Origin: Spirochaetales bacterium | GTDB lineage: Bacteria; Spirochaetota; Spirochaetia; Treponematales; UBA12059 | Assembly: GCA_016928955.1 (NCBI GenBank) | Contig: JAFGJV010000033.1 | Coordinates: 1 to 64,000, forward strand | Direction of reading: 5' to 3' | DNA length: 64,000 nt | Part shown: one piece after another, positions 9,977 to 18,737 of the stretch | Layout of the letters: each line of letters opens with the position of its first letter | How positions within the stretch are numbered: the stretch's first letter is position 1 | Notes under the pieces: generated by a model | Seen by the model: only the letters and a program-made list of their open reading frames with translations | Told to the model about the DNA's origin: nothing | The model's database searches: none | Program-made: the position numbers and the translations under genes

Positions 9977-11794
9977 TTACTCAAGCCCCAGGACGGCCAG
10001 CGCGCCCGGGTCCAGGTCACGGTCGAACGTCTGGTCGCCAAGGAGCTCCACGATGGAGGAGGCCGATGGCAAGCAGGCTTTCCACTCGGCCGCCGGCACC
10101 GGCACAATCCCCCTATTCGCCATCACGACCAGAGACCGACCTCCCAGCGTCGCCCCAAGAGCCACAAAACCGGGATACGCGTCCAGTCCCGTTCCGATCC
10201 GGGTGCCCCGGGCCAGCAGTTCCGAATGCCGCAGGCGCACGCGTATCAGCGCGGACAGCATTTGCCTGAAAGCCTGCTCTCCCTGGTCCGGATCCCAAAC
10301 CATGCAACGCCGGCAGTCCGGATCGTGACCGCCCTCCATTGCGTACTCGGTGCCGTAATACACGCAGGGAGAGCCGCGCAGGGAGAACAGCAGGGCCAGG
10401 GCCATGAAAGCCTGCCCTCGGCCGCCAAAACGCGTGGCGATCCGGTCGGTATCGTGCGAGTCCAGCAGGTTGAAGGCCGCGCGGAGAACGGGCTCGGGGT
10501 ACATGAACTCGATGGCGGCCAGGCGCCGCGCCAGGTCCGTACCGCTTGCCATCCATGGCCGCCCGAGCATGAAATCGCTGATGGCCGTGCCCACGGGATA
10601 GTTCATCACGGCGTCGTACTGGTCGCCCCGAAGCCAGGGCATGGCGTCATGCCATATCTCGCCGACGATATAGGCGTCCGGATTGGCGGCCTTGACGCGC
10701 GCGCGGAACAGCCGCCAGAAATCGTGGTCCACCTCGTTGGACACGTCCAGGCGCCAGCCCGATATGCCGTAGTCTCGGACATAGCGCTCGGCGGCGTCCA
10801 GGAGATAGGCGCGGACATCGGGATTGGCCGTGTTCAGTTTGGGCATGCCCGTGGTAAAGGCAAAGGTCTCGAACGACGCGTCCCGGGAGTCGCCCGTGTC
10901 GTGGCCTTTGTGGAACAAGGGGAACGACGCTATGTGGAACCAGTCCCGGTAGGGCGACGACTCGCCGTTTTTCAGTACGTCCCGCCAGGGCCCGAACTCG
11001 CGGCCGCAGTGGTTGAACACGGCGTCCAGGATCAGGCGTATGCCCCTGTCCGAACAGGCTTTGACCAGCTCCGCAAGCTCGGCCTCGGTCCCAAAGGCGG
11101 GATCCAGGCCCAGGTAGTCCGCGGTGTCGTATTTGTGCACTGACGGGGAACGGAATATCGGCGTCAGGTATATGCCGTTGCAGCCGAGCGAGGCCACGTG
11201 GTCCAGGCCGTCTATGATTCCCCGCAGGTCGCCGCCGTAAAACTCGTGGTTGGTGACCGGTCCCCGGTGCCAGTCCTTGGTGCCAGCCGGATCGTTGGCC
11301 GCGTCCCCGTTCCTGAAGCGTTCCGGGAAAATCTGGTACCATACCGTGCCCTCAACCCAGGACGGCGCACGGAACACGTCCACGGCGTTGATATAAGGAA
11401 AGACAAAGGCGTTCCAGTAGTCGCCCGCGGGCTCCTGGTCGGCAGGCCCCGCGCCCTGGGCTATGATGCCCTTCTCGCCATAGTCCCACAGCGATCCGTC
11501 AGACGCCGTCAATCTGAAAAAATACCGGGCACGTTTATACGGTGGCATCCATTCAATTTGCCAGAAATCATGAATTCCGTCTGAACCGGTTTTGTGCGCG
11601 GCATGGGGATGACAGCGCCACGCATAGCCCCCGGCATGGCCCGGAGCGTCCATCCAGTCATGCGGATCACCCGCCATGACAATTACCGACGAAATGTCGT
11701 CAGCCGCTGTACTCAGGCGGATGACAAGATGCCTCCCGTCGGGGGAGTAGCACATGGAATCGGAGGCGCGGTGGAAAACCGCCGCTTTGTTCAT
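9977..11794 (-). CDS. GH13 neopullulanase/cyclomaltodextrinase (cytoplasmic)
   Basis: N-terminal domain, WYQIFPERF, HKYDT, DAVFNH, GWRLDVSNE, GEIWH, LLDSHD, DPDCRR. Confidence 0.92.
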   Translation of the reverse strand: MNKAAVFHRASDSMCYSPDGRHLVIRLSTAADDISSVIVMAGDPHDWMDAPGHAGGYAWRCHPHAAHKTGSDGIHDFWQIEWMPPYKRARYFFRLTASDGSLWDYGEKGIIAQGAGPADQEPAGDYWNAFVFPYINAVDVFRAPSWVEGTVWYQIFPERFRNGDAANDPAGTKDWHRGPVTNHEFYGGDLRGIIDGLDHVASLGCNGIYLTPIFRSPSVHKYDTADYLGLDPAFGTEAELAELVKACSDRGIRLILDAVFNHCGREFGPWRDVLKNGESSPYRDWFHIASFPLFHKGHDTGDSRDASFETFAFTTGMPKLNTANPDVRAYLLDAAERYVRDYGISGWRLDVSNEVDHDFWRLFRARVKAANPDAYIVGEIWHDAMPWLRGDQYDAVMNYPVGTAISDFMLGRPWMASGTDLARRLAAIEFMYPEPVLRAAFNLLDSHDTDRIATRFGGRGQAFMALALLFSLRGSPCVYYGTEYAMEGGHDPDCRRCMVWDPDQGEQAFRQMLSALIRVRLRHSELLARGTRIGTGLDAYPGFVALGATLGGRSLVVMANRGIVPVPAAEWKACLPSASSIVELLGDQTFDRDLDPGALAVLGLE

Positions 11795-11831
11795 ATTCGA
11801 GCTCCTAACACGCCCTTCAGGTTATTCCCTC

Positions 11832-11882
11832 TTGACCGCGGGCATTTTACACTCTAAGCTACCATCTAGTAAACCGTTTTAC
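11832..11882 (+). promoter_or_regulatory. Sigma70 promoter of malE with a LacI-family operator just downstream
   Basis: TTGACC (11832-37)-N17-TAAGCT (11855-60); imperfect palindrome GTAAACCGTTTTAC at 11869-11882. Confidence 0.65.
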
Positions 11883-11901
11883 CTATCCCGTGGGAGGTTG
11901 T

Positions 11902-13281
11902 ATGAAACACAAGAACGTGTTGACAGCAGTGATCCTGCTGGTCATCGGCGTCGTCATGGTGGCGACGTCCTGCGCCAAACCTCTGACCGTCGGCGACGGC
12001 CAGATCGTGTGGAACAAGAAAGCCAAGCAGTACCTGCTGGAACCTGAAGCCAAGCTCCGCGTGGGCGTGGACAACGACCAGTGGGGCGCCGCCATCGTCG
12101 CCCTGTGGGACGCCACCCACCCAGACGCGGTCGGCATGGTCGAGTACGTGAACTTCGGCTCCGCCGGCGGCGCCGACCAGATCACCACCCTGCAGGGCGA
12201 AGCCCCGGACGTGGTACTCCTGATCGACGGCGAGGTCAGCCGCAACGACCAGTCGCTCCTTGCCCTTGACAAGGTCATCACTGACGCCGCCGCGAACTTT
12301 GCGCAGGAGCCGTTCTACAGCGGCGCCAACTCTGGCACGCCCAAGTTCATCCCGGTGGCCTACGACGGCATGGCCTTTGCCTGGAACAGCGACATGCTTG
12401 AAGCCCTGGGCATCGACACCAAAACCCGCAATGATGACGGCCTTCCCGTTGCCTTTGACACCTGGGAAGAAATCTTTGCCATAGCCAGGAGCTGGCAGGC
12501 CAATCGCCCGGTATACAAGGACAAATCCGTCAATATCGTGTACCCCATGTCCCTGGACGAGGTGTGGTCCGGCTTCTCCAGCCTGACCGCCGCCGGCTGG
12601 CGCCTGTTCTCCGAGGGCGACGCCGCCAACCCGGGCTTTGACAAGACCGAGTTCGCCGGTGGCCTGGAGTTCATCAAGGCCGCCTCCGACGCCAAGATCA
12701 GCGTTGAGGCCAACGGCATCCTGACCCCCGGCGCTTCCATGACCTGGCGCTGGGACGACGCCCTCAACCTCGAGACCGCTCCCTTCTTCCTGGTGGGCAC
12801 CTGGATGGACGTCAAGGGCGCCGAGACCAAGGGCGGCTATGATGTCGAGTTCGGACCCATGCCCACCTGGAAGGGCAACCGCCTGTCACCGCTCGTGAAG
12901 ACCAAGGGCTGGGCCATCAACGGCTTTACCGCGTACCCCTCGGCCGCCCATGAGCTGTTCCGCATGCTGTTCGACACGGCCGGGCTCCAGTCCATGGTGG
13001 ACAACTCGTCCTACATCCCGGCCCTGAAACCCAAGAGCCCGAACACCCCGAACTACGCCGACCCGAACAAGGCCCAGATGTCCTCCGCCTTTGCCTTCAA
13101 CTATCCCGAGCCGACCATCGTGCTCCCCGTAAACACGGCCAAAAAGGCCATGGACGGATACTACGGCATTGGCCTGAATCTCGAGCTCAGGGCCGTCTGG
13201 GACGGAGCCAAGACCCCGGCACAGGCCCAGGCCGACCTGGTACGCCTGTACAACGAGTGGTTCGCGACCAATAATCAGTAA
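11902..13281 (+). CDS. malE: Maltose/maltodextrin ABC transporter substrate-binding lipoprotein
   Basis: GGGAGG RBS; lipobox VATSC; SBP family 1 features (TWEEI, VGTW, GPMP); GH13 gene context. Confidence 0.85.
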   Translation: MKHKNVLTAVILLVIGVVMVATSCAKPLTVGDGQIVWNKKAKQYLLEPEAKLRVGVDNDQWGAAIVALWDATHPDAVGMVEYVNFGSAGGADQITTLQGEAPDVVLLIDGEVSRNDQSLLALDKVITDAAANFAQEPFYSGANSGTPKFIPVAYDGMAFAWNSDMLEALGIDTKTRNDDGLPVAFDTWEEIFAIARSWQANRPVYKDKSVNIVYPMSLDEVWSGFSSLTAAGWRLFSEGDAANPGFDKTEFAGGLEFIKAASDAKISVEANGILTPGASMTWRWDDALNLETAPFFLVGTWMDVKGAETKGGYDVEFGPMPTWKGNRLSPLVKTKGWAINGFTAYPSAAHELFRMLFDTAGLQSMVDNSSYIPALKPKSPNTPNYADPNKAQMSSAFAFNYPEPTIVLPVNTAKKAMDGYYGIGLNLELRAVWDGAKTPAQAQADLVRLYNEWFATNNQ

Positions 13282-13363
13282 GTGGACGCCTGAGGGCCGC
13301 CGCCAGCCATAGGCTGTCAGGCGGTCCGGCGGGGGCGGGGTTTCAGGCTCCGCCCCTCCGTGC

Positions 13364-13398
13364 GAAAAGGGAGTCCCTTGAGGGGCTCCCTTTTTTTG
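13364..13398 (+). terminator. Intrinsic terminator/stabilising hairpin after malE
   Basis: AAAAGGGAGTCCCT-TG-AGGGGCTCCC followed by a T8 run; a second GC hairpin lies at about 13327-13360. Confidence 0.75.
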
Positions 13399-13441
13399 TG
13401 AAATCGATTCTACAATCGTAGCTATCACGAGGAGGGAACGC

Positions 13442-15214
13442 ATGGCGTCAATCCCCAGCTCGCCCGCGGCGGATCAGGGACGCGTACGCAAGGGGCCCGC
13501 GATAGGGGCCGCGCTTGCGTCCCTCTTGCTACCCGGTACGGGCCAGTTCATCAACGGCCAGAAACGCAAGGGCGCGCTCTGGCTGGCCCTGCCCGTACTC
13601 TTGCTGGTCGGCGAGTTTGTCACGTCCAACTGGGGCAATTACCTGCTCCTGAAATCAGGCAAGGTTCCGCCCCAAGCCTTGGCCTCCATGGCCGACGAGG
13701 TCACCTTGGGCGCGGCCCAGTCAGGTGGGCCGCAGGCGGTGGATCTTGGCGCCCTGTTCGGCGCAATGGCCGAGGAAGAATCCGGACCTGCTGAGGACCT
13801 GTTCGGAGGCGACCTTTTTGGCGGAGAGGACTCGGAAGCCCAATTCTTCACCCCTGGCTCGTTCACCTACCCCGACTACTCCAAGGCCGATAAAGCCTAC
13901 GTTGTCCGCGACTTTGGCGGCTTTTTTACCCGGGGCGTTTGGGGCCTGTTCACGCTCGGCCGCCTGCCGATAGACGCGGAATACGCGGGCGCACGGATAG
14001 AGCTGTACGACCGCGCCAGCCCCTGGATGAGCGCAGACAACTCCGTGGTATTGCTGGGCAACGGCCTCATAGCCATGGCCATCCTGCTGGTTGTCGCCCT
14101 TCTGTGGGCCTTCGGGGTGTCGGACGCCTACCGGACAGCGGTCAAGAAGCAGCTCACGGGAACCGTGGAAGGCTTTAAGGCCTTCTGGCTGCGGATATGG
14201 GACAGCCTGTACGTGTACATCACGTCAGCGCCGGCCTTCCTCCTCATCCTGATGTTCACGGTCATACCCATCGTCTACCAGTTTTTGCTCGCGTTCACCA
14301 ACTACACCTACCGAATCAAGCTGGGAGCCAAGCTGATCGAGTGGGTCGGCCTGGACACGTTCAGGTTCCTGGCCCTTGATCCCGGCTGGCTGTCCATCTT
14401 TGGGCAGATATTCCTCTGGACCGTGGTGTGGGCGTTCATGTCCTCGTTTACTGTGTACGCCCTGGGCTTCCTCAACGCCATGGTCGTGGAATCGCCCCTG
14501 GTCAAGGGCAAAAAGCTATGGCGCACCATCATGATCCTGCCCTGGGCCGTGCCGTCCCTCGTAAGCCTCATGGTGTTCAGGAACGCCTTTGACAAGGACG
14601 GTCTTGTGAACCAGTTCCTGTTCGCGTCCGGGCTGATGGAACCGGTTTCCAATTTCCTGCACGACATAGGGCTGGCGGGCCAGGCAGACTCGCCCATCTT
14701 CTGGTTCCAGCCGATATACAACGGCAAACTTGCCCGCTTTGTCGTTGTGCTGGTCAACCTGTGGCTCGGCGCGCCCTACCACATGATGATGATCATAGGC
14801 GTGTTGTCCACCTTGCCCAGGGAGCTGTACGAGGCGGCGGAAATAGACGGCGCCACGGGCTTCCAGCGCTTCAGGTATATCACCTTGCCCATGGTGCTGG
14901 CGGCCACCGTGCCGGCCCTGATCATGACCTTCAGTTTCAATTTCAATAACTTCGGAGCCGTGTATTTCCTCACGGGCGGAGGACCGTCCTGGGACCCGTC
15001 CTTGGTGCCAGACAGCATGCGCATCATAGGGTCGGCCATGCCCGGACAGACGGACATCCTGATATCCTGGATATACAAGTTGTCATTCACCAAGGACTTT
15101 GAACAGTACAACACGGCCGCCGTGTACTCCATCGTCGTGTTCATGCTGATAGGCGGTTTCGCGGTGTTCAGCATGCTCAGGTCCAAGTCGTTCAAAGAGG
15201 AGGCCGGGGAATGA
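13442..15214 (+). CDS. malF: Maltodextrin ABC transporter permease (MalF/MalC type)
   Basis: EAA motif LYEAAEIDGA; FNFNNF; GQTDILISWIY; multiple TMs. Confidence 0.9.
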   Translation: MASIPSSPAADQGRVRKGPAIGAALASLLLPGTGQFINGQKRKGALWLALPVLLLVGEFVTSNWGNYLLLKSGKVPPQALASMADEVTLGAAQSGGPQAVDLGALFGAMAEEESGPAEDLFGGDLFGGEDSEAQFFTPGSFTYPDYSKADKAYVVRDFGGFFTRGVWGLFTLGRLPIDAEYAGARIELYDRASPWMSADNSVVLLGNGLIAMAILLVVALLWAFGVSDAYRTAVKKQLTGTVEGFKAFWLRIWDSLYVYITSAPAFLLILMFTVIPIVYQFLLAFTNYTYRIKLGAKLIEWVGLDTFRFLALDPGWLSIFGQIFLWTVVWAFMSSFTVYALGFLNAMVVESPLVKGKKLWRTIMILPWAVPSLVSLMVFRNAFDKDGLVNQFLFASGLMEPVSNFLHDIGLAGQADSPIFWFQPIYNGKLARFVVVLVNLWLGAPYHMMMIIGVLSTLPRELYEAAEIDGATGFQRFRYITLPMVLAATVPALIMTFSFNFNNFGAVYFLTGGGPSWDPSLVPDSMRIIGSAMPGQTDILISWIYKLSFTKDFEQYNTAAVYSIVVFMLIGGFAVFSMLRSKSFKEEAGE

Positions 15215-16098
15215 GCAAGAACGCCATCGGAGGGCCCAAGCTCAAGAAAACCCTCCTTACGATACTGCATTACGGGTGGCTGACCTTTGTGTGCGCCATC
15301 GTGATCATACCGCTGGCGTGGATGGTCGTGGCGTCCCTCACCAAGGGCAAACTGCTGGCCGGCGTGCCCCTTTTGCCGAAATTCTCCGACTTCACGCTGG
15401 AGCACTACCAGTACCTGTTCACCTACAAAAGCCAGACGGGCGCGGTGCTGCCGGATTTCGTGGCGGCATTCCTGCGCTCCCTGTCTGTGGCCGTGCTCAA
15501 CACCGTGGTCGTGGCCCTCATCACCACCATGACCGGCTACGTGTTCAGCCGCTTCCGCTTCAAGGGCAGGAAGCCCATCCTGACCACCTTCCTGATCCTG
15601 CAGGTCTTCCCTTCGCTGATGAGCATGATAGCCATCTTCATGATCTTCAGGACTTTTGGCTGGCTCAACAAACCCATCTACCTGGTGTTCATCTACGCGG
15701 CCGGCGCCATACCCTACAACACCTTCCTGATACGCGGGTACCTGCGGTCCATACCCCTGGCCATAGACGAGGCGGCGACCATAGACGGGGCGTCCAAGTC
15801 GGCGGTCTTCTTCAAGATCATCCTGCCGCTGGCAACGCCCATCATAGGCTTTGTGGCCGTCAACGCCTTCATGGCGCCCTGGATGGACTACATGCTGCCG
15901 TTCCAGCTCCTCAACATGCAAAACCAGACGGTGGCCATTTTCCTGTACCGCCTGACCGACCCGCTAATCACCGTCTACTACAATCCGCTGAATTTCATGG
16001 CGGGCGCGCTGGTGCTGGCCCTGCCCATTACCCTGGTGCAGTTCTACATGCAGCGGTTCATCGTGTACGGCATGGCTTCCGGCGCAGAGAAGGGCTAG
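15211..16098 (+). CDS. malG: Maltodextrin ABC transporter permease (MalG/MalD type)
   Basis: FSRFRFKGRK; EAA motif IDEAATIDGA; ATGA overlap with malF. Confidence 0.9.
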   Translation: MSKNAIGGPKLKKTLLTILHYGWLTFVCAIVIIPLAWMVVASLTKGKLLAGVPLLPKFSDFTLEHYQYLFTYKSQTGAVLPDFVAAFLRSLSVAVLNTVVVALITTMTGYVFSRFRFKGRKPILTTFLILQVFPSLMSMIAIFMIFRTFGWLNKPIYLVFIYAAGAIPYNTFLIRGYLRSIPLAIDEAATIDGASKSAVFFKIILPLATPIIGFVAVNAFMAPWMDYMLPFQLLNMQNQTVAIFLYRLTDPLITVYYNPLNFMAGALVLALPITLVQFYMQRFIVYGMASGAEKG

Positions 16099-16101
16099 GG
16101 G

Positions 16102-16983
16102 ATGGACGACGACGACAAGGCGGCGCGCGGGCGGCCCGCCCTGGCCACGGCCGCCGCTTCCTGGGTGTCCAACAAGGCGGCCGAGCGTACCGGCCGCCTG
16201 TCCTGGCCGCTGGCGGCTGCCTTTTTCCTGGCGTCAGCGGCGGCGGCGGCCCTTCCCTTTGCGGCGGGCCGCTGGCGGGAATCGGCGTTCCTAGCGGACA
16301 TCCGGAACTACGACGGCCTGGGCGCCGCCTTCATGGCCATGGCCGAACACGGAAATTCCTGGTCGGTGGCCGGCGGCGCCCTGAGCACCAAAGGCTCAGG
16401 CCCTGCCGTGTTCGAGGCTGGCGCGTGGGCAACCGTGGTGGGACAGGCTGGAAGCCCCGCGCCGGATTCGGGCAAGGTATTGTGGTTCGGCTCGGACCGC
16501 CTGGTCATCAGCAACCCTGAGTCCGGCGCGGCCATAGCGTCGTCCTGGGAACCCTTCGATGGCCTGTCGTCGGATACGGTGGCCACGGCCGCTTCCGACT
16601 ACCGGGACATGGCCGACCTGATAGGCGGCATTATCCACACGGCCGTGTACGCCGGCCTGCCGTCAGCCGTGCTGACGCTGACCCTGCTGATGCTGGTCCA
16701 AAACCTGTTTTTTGTGGCCATCATGGGAGTGTTCCTGTCCCTGGCCGAGCTGAGAAGGCGGCCGAGATTTTCTGAAACCAAGGCCAAGCCTGCGCCGCTG
16801 GCCGGCATCAAAACCAGCGTATTCCTATGCGCCGGGCCGGCCTTTCTGGCGGGGCTCGTCGGGCTGGCCGTCCCTGCCGTTCCCGCGCCCATGGCCTGGC
16901 TGGCCTACTCACTCCTGGCCGGCCTTCGCGTTGTTCTGCTCTACATGTCCCGGTACCGCCAGGCGGCGTCCCAGGTTTTGTAA
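16102..16983 (+). CDS. Membrane protein, probable MalA-like maltodextrose utilisation protein
   Basis: One N-terminal TM, a soluble domain and three C-terminal TMs; follows malG as malA does in Firmicute loci (inference). Confidence 0.55.
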   Translation: MDDDDKAARGRPALATAAASWVSNKAAERTGRLSWPLAAAFFLASAAAAALPFAAGRWRESAFLADIRNYDGLGAAFMAMAEHGNSWSVAGGALSTKGSGPAVFEAGAWATVVGQAGSPAPDSGKVLWFGSDRLVISNPESGAAIASSWEPFDGLSSDTVATAASDYRDMADLIGGIIHTAVYAGLPSAVLTLTLLMLVQNLFFVAIMGVFLSLAELRRRPRFSETKAKPAPLAGIKTSVFLCAGPAFLAGLVGLAVPAVPAPMAWLAYSLLAGLRVVLLYMSRYRQAASQVL

Positions 16984-16987
16984 GGCG

Positions 16988-18730
16988 TCAGGGCTGGCCA
17001 ACCTCGAACACGGCTGAGTCCCAGGGCTGGACGGACACGCTCTGCCCCGGCACGAGCGGCGCCCGGCCGAATACCATGCCAGCGCCCGCAGTCCACAGCG
17101 GTAGAAGGCTCACTCCCTCGGGCACCGGCGCCCTGAATTTGTCCGCCCCCAGATTGTGCACCACGAGCACGCGTTGGTCCTCAGCCGAACGCAACCAGGC
17201 CACGGATGACTGGCTTTCAAAACCCTGCCAGGGCACGGCCTGAAACGCTCCGGTCCTGACGGCCGGGCTTGCCGCCCTCAGGGCCGATAGGCTCCGGTAC
17301 AGCGACAGGATGCTGTCTGGATCCGCCGCCTGCTCGGCGGCTCCCGTGGTACCCTGGTTCTGGCCTCTCTCCAGCTTATTGCTCGATCGCGTCCAGGTGA
17401 CCGTGGGCGCCGAGCGGGCGTCGTTCCAGACAAAAGCGTCCCTGCGGGCCACGTCGTCGTTGGCGTAGCGCCTTCCGACCATGCCCAGCTCCTCGCCGTA
17501 GTACACAAAGGGCAGGCCGGGCAGGGTGTGGGCCACGGACGCGGCCAGCTTGGCCCGAGCCACGGTCAGCGATCTCAGGGCTGTAACGGAAGAAGCCTCG
17601 CCCGGCCGGCCGTTGATACCGCTCGCCGCGTCTAGACCCGCCCGGGCCAGAAGGACGCTCATCGCGCGGTCCTGGTCGTGGTTGGTGAGAAGCGGCGCGG
17701 GCTGGAAGCCCGGCATTTGGTCGTACCGAGCTGCCAGACGTCCATAAGCGGCAAGAGAACCGCTGACCGACCCGCCGCCCGCCAGGTCCAGGGTCTGCGC
17801 AGCCCCGGGAAAGTCGAACAGGGAATCGAACACGGAGGCATAGGCTGCAACCTCCGTGAGATTTTCCGACAGGACCTCGCCAATGAAGAACACGTCCGGC
17901 TTTATGGCCCGGGCAGACGCCCGCAGGTCCTCCCAAAAAGCCTTGGTGCTCGCCATGGTAGGCATTCCCTTGGGAAGCTCGTTGGGATCGAACGCGTGCT
18001 TGGCAGCGTCAAAGCGGAAACCGTCCACGCCGCGCTCAAGCCAGAAAGCCAGCACAGATTCCAGCTCGTCCACCACCTTGGGATTGGCCAGGTTGAGGTC
18101 GGGCATGCCGTCCCAGAATGCGGAGAAATATCTGAACACGCTCCCGTCAGGCCTGCGCGCGTCGTAGAAGCGGCCCATGCCGCCGGTGCCATAGTCGCTC
18201 TTGCCGTCATGCTCCACGTAGAACGACGCGTGCTCGCTCCGGGAATTTTTCAGGGCTTCCAGGAACCAGGGATGCTGGCGGGATGTATGGTTGAACACCA
18301 TGTCCAGGATGACCTTGACGCCCCGCTCGTGGGCGGCCGCCACAAAGGCGTCAAAGTCGTCCAGGGTGCCCAGCCGAGGATGCACGGCCTTGTAGTTGAG
18401 GACATCGTAACCGTGGTACGAGGCGGACGGATGTATGGGCGACAGCCAGAGGGCTGACACGCCAAGGTCCGTGGCCGTTGCCGGGTCGCCGTCGTTCAGG
18501 TAGTCAAGCGACGCCGTGAGTCCTGCCAGGTCTCCCCAGCCGTCTCCGTCGGCGTCCGCGAACGAATACACCAGCACCTGGTACGCGGGGCCGTCTGCGT
18601 TCTCCCACCACCGGGTTCCGGGCACGGCCGCCTGAGCGGTACCGGCCTCATTTTCGGGCGCCGGGTTTTGGCAAGACAGCAAGAGTACCGCGGCCAGAAA
18701 AGCCAAAAACATTACACGTCTGGTCTTCAT
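16988..18730 (-). CDS. GH13 alpha-amylase lipoprotein
   Basis: Lipobox LLLSC; SFADADGDGWGDL, YHGYD, DMVFNH, DGFRFDAAKH, GEV, LTNHD. Confidence 0.9.
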   Translation of the reverse strand: MKTRRVMFLAFLAAVLLLSCQNPAPENEAGTAQAAVPGTRWWENADGPAYQVLVYSFADADGDGWGDLAGLTASLDYLNDGDPATATDLGVSALWLSPIHPSASYHGYDVLNYKAVHPRLGTLDDFDAFVAAAHERGVKVILDMVFNHTSRQHPWFLEALKNSRSEHASFYVEHDGKSDYGTGGMGRFYDARRPDGSVFRYFSAFWDGMPDLNLANPKVVDELESVLAFWLERGVDGFRFDAAKHAFDPNELPKGMPTMASTKAFWEDLRASARAIKPDVFFIGEVLSENLTEVAAYASVFDSLFDFPGAAQTLDLAGGGSVSGSLAAYGRLAARYDQMPGFQPAPLLTNHDQDRAMSVLLARAGLDAASGINGRPGEASSVTALRSLTVARAKLAASVAHTLPGLPFVYYGEELGMVGRRYANDDVARRDAFVWNDARSAPTVTWTRSSNKLERGQNQGTTGAAEQAADPDSILSLYRSLSALRAASPAVRTGAFQAVPWQGFESQSSVAWLRSAEDQRVLVVHNLGADKFRAPVPEGVSLLPLWTAGAGMVFGRAPLVPGQSVSVQPWDSAVFEVGQP

Positions 18731-18737
18731 GCCCGCC

